Positions 10,228-19,575 of a DNA stretch of 32,000 bases are shown piece after piece (position 1 is the first letter of the stretch; every line of letters starts with the position of its first letter). The stretch comes from Nitrosococcus oceani ATCC 19707 (GTDB lineage Bacteria > Pseudomonadota > Gammaproteobacteria > Nitrosococcales > Nitrosococcaceae), in contig NC_007484.1 in NCBI RefSeq assembly GCF_000012805.1, positions 2,730,001 to 2,762,000 on the forward strand, in the 5' to 3' direction. Made by a program: the position numbers and the translations under genes. Below the pieces are notes generated by a model. It searched no databases. It was given only the letters and a program-made list of their open reading frames with translations, and was not told where the DNA came from.

Positions 10228-11193
10228 TTACTGTTTTTCTTTCAACTCCGCTAAATACCTCCCTAAACGCAACAATAATTGGCTATAGCGGGGGGCGGCC
10301 ACTAAATGGCAGACTTCGGTAAAATCCTTATTTCCTTGCAACCCCCTAACCAACCAATGCAAATCCTCTTGCAGGGAGATTCCCATTTTCTGCTCTGCTG
10401 TCATCACCCCCCCATACAACTCTTCGGCCGCAGCCCGCAGGTGGCTGTACCCTTGGGGGTCGCGCCGCTCAAGCAACAACCGCTCACCGTATTGCAAGCG
10501 GGCCAGCCAATAGCTTAACGACTGGACATCGGAAACAGTCCCAGCAGATACGAACCCTGGCGCAGAGAGAGGAGAAAACTGCTGGGTGTAAAGCCGGTAG
10601 CCCCGCTCAGCCTTGCTGGCATGTTCCACGGCCAGGGAAAAAATCTCGGCTAGTTGCAAAGCGGCTGAATAGAGATCTTTCTCGTCGCCCTGCTTAAGCT
10701 CCAGCTCCAGTTCGGACAAGGATTCGGTGCGGCCATGGGCATGAATATGCCCCTCATCCAAAGCCAGTTCAATCGCGCTCCCACGCCTTACCTGTAAAAT
10801 CCAGATCATACGATAAAAATCCGTTTCAAACACCGGAATTAAACGGGCCGCGAGATCTGACTCCTTAAACACCCCTACTTTGGCTTCTGCCACTAGCCAC
10901 TCCAAATCGGGAGCATTATTTTCTACTTCACTTTCCCATTCTTGGCGCCGTTGGAGGCCCGCCTCCCCAGAATTATCTCCCTTGAGGGTTTGGATCCAGC
11001 GATGGTCCATCCGCCGCACCCGAAGTCCCACCCCTTGGTCCAGAAGGCGCAAATCAGGCGTATCAAAATAGATGCTTTGCAAATGCTTACGCACTGGGCC
11101 CTGTTTTCCATGCTCCTTCACCCAGGGGTGCTCGCTAAATTTGGAAAACTGCCCTGGGGGCAACCGCAACTTGATTTCGCTTTCTATTGGCAT
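10228..11193 (-). CDS. CYTH-domain protein (triphosphate tunnel metalloenzyme, YgiF-like) with a helical C-terminal extension
   Basis: 321 aa. N-terminal ESEIKLRL (EXEXK motif), YFDTPDLRL, GLRVRR, QTLKG, RQEWESEV and ELELELKQG match CYTH hallmark strands. The start lies 8 nt after the ppx stop. Confidence 0.75.
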   Translation of the reverse strand: MPIESEIKLRLPPGQFSKFSEHPWVKEHGKQGPVRKHLQSIYFDTPDLRLLDQGVGLRVRRMDHRWIQTLKGDNSGEAGLQRRQEWESEVENNAPDLEWLVAEAKVGVFKESDLAARLIPVFETDFYRMIWILQVRRGSAIELALDEGHIHAHGRTESLSELELELKQGDEKDLYSAALQLAEIFSLAVEHASKAERGYRLYTQQFSPLSAPGFVSAGTVSDVQSLSYWLARLQYGERLLLERRDPQGYSHLRAAAEELYGGVMTAEQKMGISLQEDLHWLVRGLQGNKDFTEVCHLVAAPRYSQLLLRLGRYLAELKEKQ

Positions 11194-11201
11194 TTATCAA
11201 G

Positions 11202-12707
11202 TTATTTGATTTTCAGGCGATAACCGGCTGCCTTGATATAGGTGGCTTCCTGAACCAGATCGGCTTCCGTTAACGGATGTTGGAGTAGCCACCCGTCAGG
11301 AAATCTAAGCTTTAAAGTATTTTTCTCTGCCTTGAATGTTAAGGGAGGCAGTACTACTGGCGAGCGGTTACGGTTAAGTAACACCGCCAACCGCAATAAC
11401 AAGCACAGACGCAGCGTAGGCTGGCGGAGATCCTCGGGCAGCAAATCTAATTTAGCAATCGGCAACTTGCGACGATGTCCCCGCACCAGAAATGCTAAAA
11501 CCTGCTGCTCTTGCTGGGAAAAGCCGGGCAGATCGCCATAGGCCAGCAGATAGGCGCCATGCTTGTGGTACTGGCTATGGGACAGAGCAAGACCCGCTTC
11601 ATGGAGTATTGCCCCCCACGCCAAAGACAAAGCATGTTCTTCTTCAAGCTCCCAGAGGGAGGCCGCTGCTTCCAACAATGCCAGGGCGGTATTTTTAACC
11701 CGGCAAGCATGGAACTGATCCACATGATACCGTTGAGCTAAATCAGCCACCGTGCGGTCACGTACATCCTCATGGCAAATCCGGCCAATAAGATCATAGA
11801 GTAGCCCCTCCCGCAAAGCGCCATCCGATACCATCATGCGCTCGATACCTAAACTCTCAAAAATACCTTTAAGTACCGCCACCCCTCCCGGAAATACCGG
11901 CCCCCGCTCGGCACTGAGACCTTCAAATTTCAGACGTTTGATATGCCCCGCCTCAATCATGCGATTGACTAGCGCTTTTAAGGAGGTTGCGGTAATGGTC
12001 CCGCTCCCGCACCAACCCTGGGCAGCGACCACCCGGGCCACCGTCCGGATTGTCCCTGAAGCCCCGATAGCCTCCTCCCATCCCAGATGGCGAAAAGACT
12101 GCTCAAAGTCTTGCAGCATTGTACGGGCGGCAATCTCAGCTTGGCGCATCGCAGCCTTATTTAATTCCCCCTGGGGGAAAAAACAGCGGCTATAGCGAAC
12201 GCAGCCCATTTCAATGCTTTGCCGATAACGGCCTTCCTCGGCACCCTCACCAATAATGAATTCCGTGCTTCCCCCCCCAATATCCACCACTAACCGCCGG
12301 GCATTATCAAAATCCAGGGCATGGGAAACGCCTAAATAAATCAAGCGGGCCTCCTCATCCCCGGCAATTACTTCAATGGGATGGCCCAAGGCAGCGGAGG
12401 CCCGCTTTAAGAATTCATCCGCATTGTTTGCCTGCCGCAAGGTATTGGTGCCCACGGCCCGAATAGCCCAGGGAGGAAGGTGCCGCAACCGCTGACCAAA
12501 TCGCGCCAGGCAATTCAGGGCGCGCTCCTGGGCTGTTTCACTCAGGCATCCTGCCTCATCCAGGCCAGCGGCCAATTGGACCATCTCTCGCAAACGGTCC
12601 AAAACCTGTAGCTGGCCTTCCCTGACTACGCGGGCAATGATCATATGAAAGCTATTGGAGCCCAGATCGATGGCGGCCAAGGTATCGGGATGCCGCTGGC
12701 TTAACAT
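11202..12707 (-). CDS. ppx: Exopolyphosphatase (Ppx/GppA family)
   Basis: 501 aa. AAIDLGSNSFHMIIARV, VVDIGGGSTEFIIG (ASKHA-fold phosphate motifs) and a C-terminal HD-like region. Confidence 0.92.
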   Translation of the reverse strand: MLSQRHPDTLAAIDLGSNSFHMIIARVVREGQLQVLDRLREMVQLAAGLDEAGCLSETAQERALNCLARFGQRLRHLPPWAIRAVGTNTLRQANNADEFLKRASAALGHPIEVIAGDEEARLIYLGVSHALDFDNARRLVVDIGGGSTEFIIGEGAEEGRYRQSIEMGCVRYSRCFFPQGELNKAAMRQAEIAARTMLQDFEQSFRHLGWEEAIGASGTIRTVARVVAAQGWCGSGTITATSLKALVNRMIEAGHIKRLKFEGLSAERGPVFPGGVAVLKGIFESLGIERMMVSDGALREGLLYDLIGRICHEDVRDRTVADLAQRYHVDQFHACRVKNTALALLEAAASLWELEEEHALSLAWGAILHEAGLALSHSQYHKHGAYLLAYGDLPGFSQQEQQVLAFLVRGHRRKLPIAKLDLLPEDLRQPTLRLCLLLRLAVLLNRNRSPVVLPPLTFKAEKNTLKLRFPDGWLLQHPLTEADLVQEATYIKAAGYRLKIK

Positions 12708-12782
12708 CTATCAAACTCCGCTTAATGTCATTGTCTGGTAAATTGCTCCCTCAGCACCTAAGCGAGAGGGAAGAAAGAAAAA

Positions 12783-13496
12783 TTATTTTTCGCGAACAAT
12801 CTGCTCCATCCCTTCTAAACTTGTGTGGCGCACATCCTTGCCTTTGACCAAATAAATAACATACTCGCAGATGTTACAGGCATGATCCCCAATTCGTTCC
12901 AGGGCCCGGGCTACCCAAATGAGCTCTACCGCCCAAGAAATATTGCGGGGATCTTCCATCATGTAGGTAATTAGTTGGCGCAAAATACTCTCGTACCGAG
13001 CATCCACCTGGGTATCTCTCGCTGCTACGGCAAGAGCCGCTTCAGCATCCATGCGGGCAAAGGCATCCAGGGAATCCCGGAGTATTCCTAGGGCGTGACT
13101 GGAAAGGGAACTTATGGAATCAAAAATATTCGCCGGTTTCTCCCGCTCCGACAAGCGAACCGTCGTGCGGCCTATGCGTTCAGCCCCATCCCCAATCCGT
13201 TCTAGATCGGCAATGGTTTTAATCACCGCCATCACCAACCGCAAATCACCGGCTGTCGGCTGGCGGCGAGCTAAAATCTGGGTGCATTCCTCGTCGATGG
13301 AAACATCCATGGCATTGACCCGGTAATCCTGGCTGATCACTGCTTCGGCCTTTTCCACGTCTCCGCTCACTAAGGCATCCACGGCCTCGGCGATCTGCCG
13401 CTCTACCAGTCCGCCCATGGCGAGAACGCGAGTCCGAATATCCTCTAATTCCTTATCGTACTGCCGGTAAGTATGGGGGGTCGTGCTATGGGTCAT
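12783..13496 (-). CDS. phoU: Phosphate signalling complex protein PhoU
   Basis: Start chosen at the ATG at 13496 (SD AGGAGT 7 nt upstream). Two PhoU repeats with the DLERIGD and LERIGDHA motifs. Confidence 0.93.
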   Translation of the reverse strand: MTHSTTPHTYRQYDKELEDIRTRVLAMGGLVERQIAEAVDALVSGDVEKAEAVISQDYRVNAMDVSIDEECTQILARRQPTAGDLRLVMAVIKTIADLERIGDGAERIGRTTVRLSEREKPANIFDSISSLSSHALGILRDSLDAFARMDAEAALAVAARDTQVDARYESILRQLITYMMEDPRNISWAVELIWVARALERIGDHACNICEYVIYLVKGKDVRHTSLEGMEQIVREK

Positions 13497-13532
13497 TATC
13501 CACTCCTTGTGTCTTAAAGCCACCAAAAACCA

Positions 13533-14384
13533 TCAGCCATAACGACCGGTAATATAATCCTCGGTCTGTTTCTTTTTCGGATTAGTAAATAATGTACCGG
13601 TGTCGCCAAACTCAATCAATTCGCCTAAGTACATAAACGCTGTATAGTCAGAAACCCGAGCTGCTTGCTGCATATTATGGGTGACAATCACAATCGTATA
13701 TTTATCCTTCAAATCATAGATCAATTCTTCGATTTTAAGGGTGGAGATAGGGTCCAGGGCTGAAGCAGGCTCATCCAGTAGCAAGACTTCCGGTTCAATA
13801 GCAATGGCCCTAGCAATTACCAACCGCTGCTGCTGTCCGCCGGAAAGGCCCACCGCATTATCGTCCAGACGATCTTTAACCTCATCCCATAAAGCGGCAC
13901 TTCTAAGGGATTTTTCCACGACCTTATCCAGAGTACGGCGACTCTTAACCCCCTGTAAGCGCAGCCCATAAGCGACATTCTCATAAATGGATTTAGGGAA
14001 AGGGTTAGGTTTTTGAAACACCATGCCAACCCGGCGCCGTAGATCAGAGACATTGACATTTTTGCCATAAATATCTTGCTTGTTAAGCAACATTTCTCCT
14101 TCGATACGGGCTCCATCAATCAGATCGTTCATGCGGTTAAAGCAACGAAGCAGGGTGGATTTGCCGCATCCGCTCGGACCGATAAATGCAGTCACCCGGC
14201 GTTCCGGAATAATGAGATTAATGCTTTTAAGCGCCTGAGTATGCTGGTTGTAATAGAAATTGAATTGTTTGACCTGCAAACAGCAAGTTTCATCTTTTAG
14301 CTTAAGTTTTTTAACACCGCGCTCGATTAAAGAAATATCCATCCCATGGGTTCGCGGTGTTTTATCATGGGTCTCCTGGTTCAT
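13533..14384 (-). CDS. pstB: Phosphate ABC transporter ATP-binding protein PstB
   Basis: Walker [10 protein letters not shown], signature LSGGQQQR, Walker B LLLDEP, and the PstB-typical C-terminus [10 protein letters not shown]. The internal ATG at 14384 avoids overlap with pstA. Confidence 0.95.
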   Translation of the reverse strand: MNQETHDKTPRTHGMDISLIERGVKKLKLKDETCCLQVKQFNFYYNQHTQALKSINLIIPERRVTAFIGPSGCGKSTLLRCFNRMNDLIDGARIEGEMLLNKQDIYGKNVNVSDLRRRVGMVFQKPNPFPKSIYENVAYGLRLQGVKSRRTLDKVVEKSLRSAALWDEVKDRLDDNAVGLSGGQQQRLVIARAIAIEPEVLLLDEPASALDPISTLKIEELIYDLKDKYTIVIVTHNMQQAARVSDYTAFMYLGELIEFGDTGTLFTNPKKKQTEDYITGRYG

Positions 14385-14400
14385 GGTTTTCGTCCCTTTT

Positions 14401-16053
14401 TTAAGTCTCTGCGGCACGGTATTTTTCCCGGAGTCGGTTACGAATCATAATCGCGGCGAGATTGAGAGCCACGATAATCAGGACCAGCAACAAAGCTGTT
14501 GCATAAACTAGAGGACGGGCGGCTTCCACATTTGGGCTTTGAAAACCCACATCATAAATGTGAAAGCCCAAGTGCATGAATTTACGATCCAAATGCAAGA
14601 ATGGAAAATTTCCATCCAACGGCAGGGAAGGGGCTAGCTTCACTACCCCCACCATCATAAGCGGCGCAACTTCGCCTGCGGCCCGTGCTACCGCCAAAAT
14701 AAGTCCCGTCATCATGGCGGGAACGGCCATGGGCAATACGGTGCGCCATAAGGTTTCTGCCCGGGTGGCCCCCAATGCTAAGCTCCCTTCCCGAATGGAG
14801 CGTGGAATACGCGATAAGCCCTCTTCCGTTGCCACGATGACCACGGGCATCGTAAGAATAGCCAAGGTCAGGGAGGCCCAGAGTAAACCCGGAGTACCAA
14901 AAGTCGGCGCCGGTAATGCTTCCGGGAAAAACCAGCGATCTACATTACCGCCCAAGAAATAAACAAAAAATCCCAGGCCAAATACGCCATAAACAATAGA
15001 GGGCACACCGGCTAGATTATTGACCGCGATCCGGATAATACGTATCAACAATCCTTGTTGCGCATACTCCCGTAAATAAACCGCAGCCACTACCCCAAAA
15101 GGGGTGACGATTACCGACATGATAAGGACCATCATCACCGTCCCAAAAATGGCAGGAAAGATTCCTCCCTCCGTATTAGCCTCACGGGGATCCTCAGTCA
15201 CAAATTCAGTGAGTTTTGTGGCGTAAAAGCGGCTCTTTTCTCCTATTCCCATCCCATTAGGGCGGTAGGCCCGCACCACCTTCTCTAACGGGATTTCCAC
15301 TACCTGGCCATCGGCCATCTCAGCCGTTAAACTATCTCGCCTGATTTGCTGGTAAAGTTCATTCAATTCTTTCTGAATCGTGGCATAATTTCTTTGAAGC
15401 TCCGCTTCCCTCACTTCGATTTCGGCATAAGCTTGTGGGGCAGGCTCTCCTTCCAGTTCCAACGCCCGGCGACGCAAGCGTAGCTGTTCTAATTTATAAT
15501 TAATGGCGCCAATATCATCCTCTTCAATGGCCTTAATTCGAGCGTACAGTTCATTGGCTCTAGCCATCCGTTGTTGCAGCACCCGCCAGGTATTTTTACC
15601 TACGGCAACAACCCTATCTTGCTCCTTGACAGATTTCAGGTAGCCATAAAAATCGCCCCATTCCCGGCGTTCAATGACCATCAATTCTTTCGGATAATGG
15701 GTATCGTGAATCAATGGCGTCACGACCCATAAAAAATCAGCACCAAAAAAATCCCGGTTGCCGACCTTGAACAAGCTGCGGGTAACCGAAGCAGATCCCT
15801 CTGGCAACGTATAACCCCTATCCAGTAAACGCTGACGGGGAACTTGCTCTTGGCTGACTACTTCACCTATCAAACGCACCCTCTCCCCATCTTGTTGGGT
15901 ATAATGAATTTCCGCTACTTGGGCTGGCCAAAAATGCTCCAACCCCTTGACCGCGATTAATAGCAACAAACCCACTACCATAATGATACTGATACTGACC
16001 GCACCCGCAGTCAACCACACCCACGGTGCACCCGACTTAAACCAAGCTTTCAT
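14401..16053 (-). CDS. pstA: Phosphate ABC transporter permease PstA, long form with a ~260-aa extracytoplasmic insertion
   Basis: 550 aa. One TM helix, then a hydrophilic region (residues ~36-296) with a heptad-rich stretch, then the permease core (IFPAIFGT..., [21 protein letters not shown] loop). Confidence 0.9.
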   Translation of the reverse strand: MKAWFKSGAPWVWLTAGAVSISIIMVVGLLLLIAVKGLEHFWPAQVAEIHYTQQDGERVRLIGEVVSQEQVPRQRLLDRGYTLPEGSASVTRSLFKVGNRDFFGADFLWVVTPLIHDTHYPKELMVIERREWGDFYGYLKSVKEQDRVVAVGKNTWRVLQQRMARANELYARIKAIEEDDIGAINYKLEQLRLRRRALELEGEPAPQAYAEIEVREAELQRNYATIQKELNELYQQIRRDSLTAEMADGQVVEIPLEKVVRAYRPNGMGIGEKSRFYATKLTEFVTEDPREANTEGGIFPAIFGTVMMVLIMSVIVTPFGVVAAVYLREYAQQGLLIRIIRIAVNNLAGVPSIVYGVFGLGFFVYFLGGNVDRWFFPEALPAPTFGTPGLLWASLTLAILTMPVVIVATEEGLSRIPRSIREGSLALGATRAETLWRTVLPMAVPAMMTGLILAVARAAGEVAPLMMVGVVKLAPSLPLDGNFPFLHLDRKFMHLGFHIYDVGFQSPNVEAARPLVYATALLLVLIIVALNLAAIMIRNRLREKYRAAET

Positions 16054-16077
16054 TTAAACTTCTCTCCCCTGTAACGA

Positions 16078-18363
16078 CTACAAACTGCTGTATTTTTTTC
16101 GTAGCCGCTGACGTACGATCTCGGCGAGAGTATTAAAAAAGAAAGTCACCATAAATAACACTAACGCGGCAAGAAACAAAATACGATAGTGAGTACTATC
16201 AACCTCGGACTCGGGCATCTCCACAGCAATATTTGCAGACAAGGCGCGGAAACCTTGGAAAAGATTAAAATCCATAATGGGCGTATTGCCCGTCGCCATT
16301 AATACAATCATGGTCTCACCAACGGCCCTGCCAAGACCAATCATTACGGCAGAGAAAATACCGGGACTTGCGGTCAAAAGCACTACCCTCACCAGAGTCT
16401 GCCAAGGCGTGGCGCCCAGCGCCAAGGAACCAAAAGTGAGCTGCTTGGGAACACTGAAAATAGCGTCTTCGGAGATGGAGAAAATCGTCGGAATGACGGC
16501 AAATCCCATGGCAAACCCAACAACGAGGGAGTTACGCTGATCATAAGCAATCCCCAGTTGGCTGTTAAGCCACTGGGGCATATTGCCATTAAACAAGGCT
16601 ACTTCCAGCGGCTGGCTTAGCACTGCGGCAAGAATCCCTAGACCCACCACCACGGGAAGAAGCAAGGCGGCTTCCCAACCCTCAGGAACCCATTGGCGCA
16701 CCCAGCTAGGCAAGCGGCGCCATAAATAAGCAGCCATAAAGATTCCCGCGGGCAATAACAACAAGAAGGCAAAGACCCCCGGAAGATGATCCTCTACCAA
16801 AGGCGCCAGCCAAAGACCCGCTAAAAAACCGAGAATAACCGTGGGAAGGGCCTCCATGATTTCGATGGTGGGCTTGACCAGCCCGCGCATCTTGGCGCTC
16901 ATAAAATAAGCGGTATAAAGCGCCCCTAAAATGGCCAGTGGAACAGCGAATAACATGGCATAAAAAGCAGCCTTGAAGGTACCAAACGTGAGTGGCGTCA
17001 GGCTAAACTTTGGCTCGAAATCATCGCTCGCAGATGAGGACTGCCAGAGAAACTCAGGCTTATCCCGGCTTTCATACCAGACTTTCCCCCATAGCGCTTG
17101 CCAAGAGACCTCAGGATGCGGATTCTCTATCTTCAAGAAATGAATCTTACCCTGAGAGTCGCCGGCCAACATCCCATCGGCCCGGGGCGCAACAGCCACC
17201 GTTACCAGCGGAGCCTCACTGATGCCTGCAACCTGCAACGTTTGGTGAGCCGTAGTATGATAAATTCCCGCCCGGCCAGAAATATCTACCGCTAAGAAGC
17301 CTTTCCTGGCATGTTCTGAGACAATGGCTGTAATAGGCGCCCGCTGGGATTTGAAAATCCGAATTTGTTCTAAAGTATAATGATTGCCGTCGCTGCGCAC
17401 CGGGAACCATTGCGCGATCCGGCCAGAGGAATCTCCTACCAGGAGAGAAATACCTCCCGTGAGAAAAGACAAAGCGGTTATCCGGACATCTTCCGAAACC
17501 GCCTTTACCCGTTGCACTAGGTGCGGCGTTTCCTTATCACGGAGCTGATAGTAACTAATATAGCCCTCCGAGTCCGCCACATATAATTCCTCTTGCTGCT
17601 CATCCAGCACTAAATGTGTCGCTTGCGGCGGAGGCAAATCCAGCGAGACAGTCGCCTGTTCAACAGTAATTTCATCATCGAGAAATGACTGTTGCACGGT
17701 AAAATTAACTAAAATCAAGCGTCCGTCTGTGGTAACTGCAGCGATGGTAGTCTGATCCTCATCGGATTGAGCGCTAATAAGGCGCAAGGGCTGCCCCTGG
17801 GAATCCACCGCCAATAGGGCTTTATCAAGCGGGTATTCTAATCGAGGCGTAATAGTACGCACATTGTCAGGATAGGAGACGCGATAGGCATGGCGCGCCA
17901 GCAGGGCGCGGCCATCAGATAGACCATAGACGATTACCTTGCCGGCGGAATCGCCGGCTGCAAAGCTAGTCACGGCCACCTCCTTGGGAAGGGGCAGTGG
18001 GGTTTCCAAAACCACCTTGCCCTCTGCAGTAGAGAAGAAGACCGCCTGCCCTTGCTCAGTCAAGCGTAAGCCCATATCGTTATATTCATTCAAGGCTAAA
18101 TGAAGGGTGCTCCCCACGTTGCCCCCAGGGGCTAAATATTGGGCAACGGGCTCTAGCTGAGCAGGACGAAACAGGGGGATCACCACGTACAAGAGGTAAA
18201 AGAAAATCAGTACGATGGCGATAATAACGCTAACACCACCGGCAGCAATGCAATAGCGCGCCAAGTGATCCTTGATTTTACGCCAACGACGGCGGCGTAT
18301 GGCCACCGGCGAATGGGGGGGAGGCACCACCTGTTCTTCGGTTTCTGAATCTCTGGCAACCAT
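16078..18363 (-). CDS. pstC: Phosphate ABC transporter permease PstC, long form with a ~390-aa N-terminal extracytoplasmic domain
   Basis: 761 aa. A basic N-terminus and TM1 (residues ~37-65), then a hydrophilic domain (~66-455) with about 7 recurring xDxxGx-hydrophobic motifs, then the six-TM permease core with the EAA loop ([26 protein letters not shown]). Confidence 0.9.
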   Translation of the reverse strand: MVARDSETEEQVVPPPHSPVAIRRRRWRKIKDHLARYCIAAGGVSVIIAIVLIFFYLLYVVIPLFRPAQLEPVAQYLAPGGNVGSTLHLALNEYNDMGLRLTEQGQAVFFSTAEGKVVLETPLPLPKEVAVTSFAAGDSAGKVIVYGLSDGRALLARHAYRVSYPDNVRTITPRLEYPLDKALLAVDSQGQPLRLISAQSDEDQTTIAAVTTDGRLILVNFTVQQSFLDDEITVEQATVSLDLPPPQATHLVLDEQQEELYVADSEGYISYYQLRDKETPHLVQRVKAVSEDVRITALSFLTGGISLLVGDSSGRIAQWFPVRSDGNHYTLEQIRIFKSQRAPITAIVSEHARKGFLAVDISGRAGIYHTTAHQTLQVAGISEAPLVTVAVAPRADGMLAGDSQGKIHFLKIENPHPEVSWQALWGKVWYESRDKPEFLWQSSSASDDFEPKFSLTPLTFGTFKAAFYAMLFAVPLAILGALYTAYFMSAKMRGLVKPTIEIMEALPTVILGFLAGLWLAPLVEDHLPGVFAFLLLLPAGIFMAAYLWRRLPSWVRQWVPEGWEAALLLPVVVGLGILAAVLSQPLEVALFNGNMPQWLNSQLGIAYDQRNSLVVGFAMGFAVIPTIFSISEDAIFSVPKQLTFGSLALGATPWQTLVRVVLLTASPGIFSAVMIGLGRAVGETMIVLMATGNTPIMDFNLFQGFRALSANIAVEMPESEVDSTHYRILFLAALVLFMVTFFFNTLAEIVRQRLRKKYSSL

Positions 18364-18394
18364 TTCAATCTAAGAAAAAATGACAAAAAATACA

Positions 18395-18424
18395 TAAAGA
18401 AAAGCGCCTTGTTTTCCGAGGCGC
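18395..18424 (-). terminator. Rho-independent terminator/attenuator between pstS and pstC
   Basis: The minus strand reads AAGCGCCT-cggaaaaca-AGGCGCTT followed by TTTCTTTAT. The stem of 8 bp lies 26 nt after the pstS stop. Confidence 0.7.
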
Positions 18425-18449
18425 TTCTAGTGAATGGAGGCTTTTCACA

Positions 18450-19448
18450 CTAATTAGCAGCTCCTAACTCCTTCACCCCAATTTTAGCAAGATCCTTAGC
18501 CACAATCCGGGCGGGCAACGGAATATAACCATCTTTGATCACCACTCTTTGACCCGCTTTGGAGAGTACCATTTTGATAAACTCCTGCTCTAACGGCAAC
18601 AAAGGTTTATTAGGATGTTTGTTGACATAGACGTAAAGAAAGCGCGTCAGGGGATACTGTCCCTTCACTGCGTTTTCCGCAGTTGCCTCCACTGAGGGCG
18701 CACCCGTCTTAGTTGCGAGGGGAAGCGCCCGTACCCCAGAGGTCTGATAGCCGATACCAGAGTAGCCAATCCCATTAATGGACTTAGTCACTCCCTGAAC
18801 CACCGAGGCGGAACCTGGCTGCTCGTTGACCGTGTTCTTGAAATCACCTTTGCAGAGGGCGGCTTTCTTAAAGTAGCCGTAAGTGCCTGAAACCGAATTA
18901 CGGCCAAAAAGCTGGATGCGGCGATGGACCCATTCGCCCCCTAAACCCAAATCCCCCCAAGTCCTGATATCTTCCGGGTAACCACATTTACGGGTAGCAG
19001 AAAAGATCGCATCTATCTGGGGCAAGGTGATTTTCTCGATGGGGTTATCCTTATTGACATAAACCGCCAAGGCATCAATAGCTACCCGGATGGGGGTCGG
19101 TTTATAGCCATATTTATTTTCGAAGGCTTCTAGCTCGTTACCCTTCATTTTTCGACTCATGGGACCAATATTGGCAGTATTTTCAGTTAGTGCGGGGGGT
19201 GCCGTTGAAGAGCCAGCAGCCTGAACTTGAATATTCACACTTGGATAAAGTTTTTTAAATTCCTCGGCCCACAGGGTCATCAAGTTAGCCAACGTATCAG
19301 AACCAACGCTGGATAGGGTACCAGCCACACCGCTGGCTTTGTCGTATTCCTTAAGGTCAGGGTCCAGGGAATTAGTAGCCATGCTGTTGCCGGAAAGCAG
19401 CACGCCCAAAACAGGCCCTAGAATTCCAATGATCATTCTAATCTGCAT
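18450..19448 (-). CDS. pstS: Phosphate ABC transporter substrate-binding protein PstS
   Basis: 332 aa with a signal peptide. [16 protein letters not shown]...[11 protein letters not shown]...GTYGYF...GIGYSGIGY fits the PstS family. Strong SD GAGGAG. Confidence 0.92.
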   Translation of the reverse strand: MQIRMIIGILGPVLGVLLSGNSMATNSLDPDLKEYDKASGVAGTLSSVGSDTLANLMTLWAEEFKKLYPSVNIQVQAAGSSTAPPALTENTANIGPMSRKMKGNELEAFENKYGYKPTPIRVAIDALAVYVNKDNPIEKITLPQIDAIFSATRKCGYPEDIRTWGDLGLGGEWVHRRIQLFGRNSVSGTYGYFKKAALCKGDFKNTVNEQPGSASVVQGVTKSINGIGYSGIGYQTSGVRALPLATKTGAPSVEATAENAVKGQYPLTRFLYVYVNKHPNKPLLPLEQEFIKMVLSKAGQRVVIKDGYIPLPARIVAKDLAKIGVKELGAAN

Positions 19449-19542
19449 TTAGTCAATTCTCCTCAGCCTAGAATGCGTCTATAGCTCTATTATTAATATG
19501 CAATGGCGGGAACAATATTATGCGAGCAGTATGGGCTGATAA

Positions 19543-19560
19543 TATGACATTTGTATGACT
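19543..19560 (-). promoter_or_regulatory. Pho box upstream of pstS
   Basis: The minus strand reads AGTCATA-CAAA-TGTCATA, two 7-bp direct repeats with 11-bp periodicity matching CTGTCAT-N4-CTGTCAT. It sits ~95 nt upstream of the pstS ATG. Confidence 0.75.
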
Positions 19561-19575
19561 GGGCGATACCACCCG

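Noticed and set aside
12736-12746. Single ATGACA (reverse TGTCAT) half-site upstream of ppx, as a Pho box
   Set aside because: There is only one repeat, in the opposite orientation, and no second repeat at 11-bp spacing.
12747-12771. Hairpin TCCCTC-N13-GAGGGA between phoU and ppx, as a terminator
   Set aside because: The stem is only 6 bp, the loop is long, and no T-run follows on the transcribed strand. There is not enough support to call a terminator.
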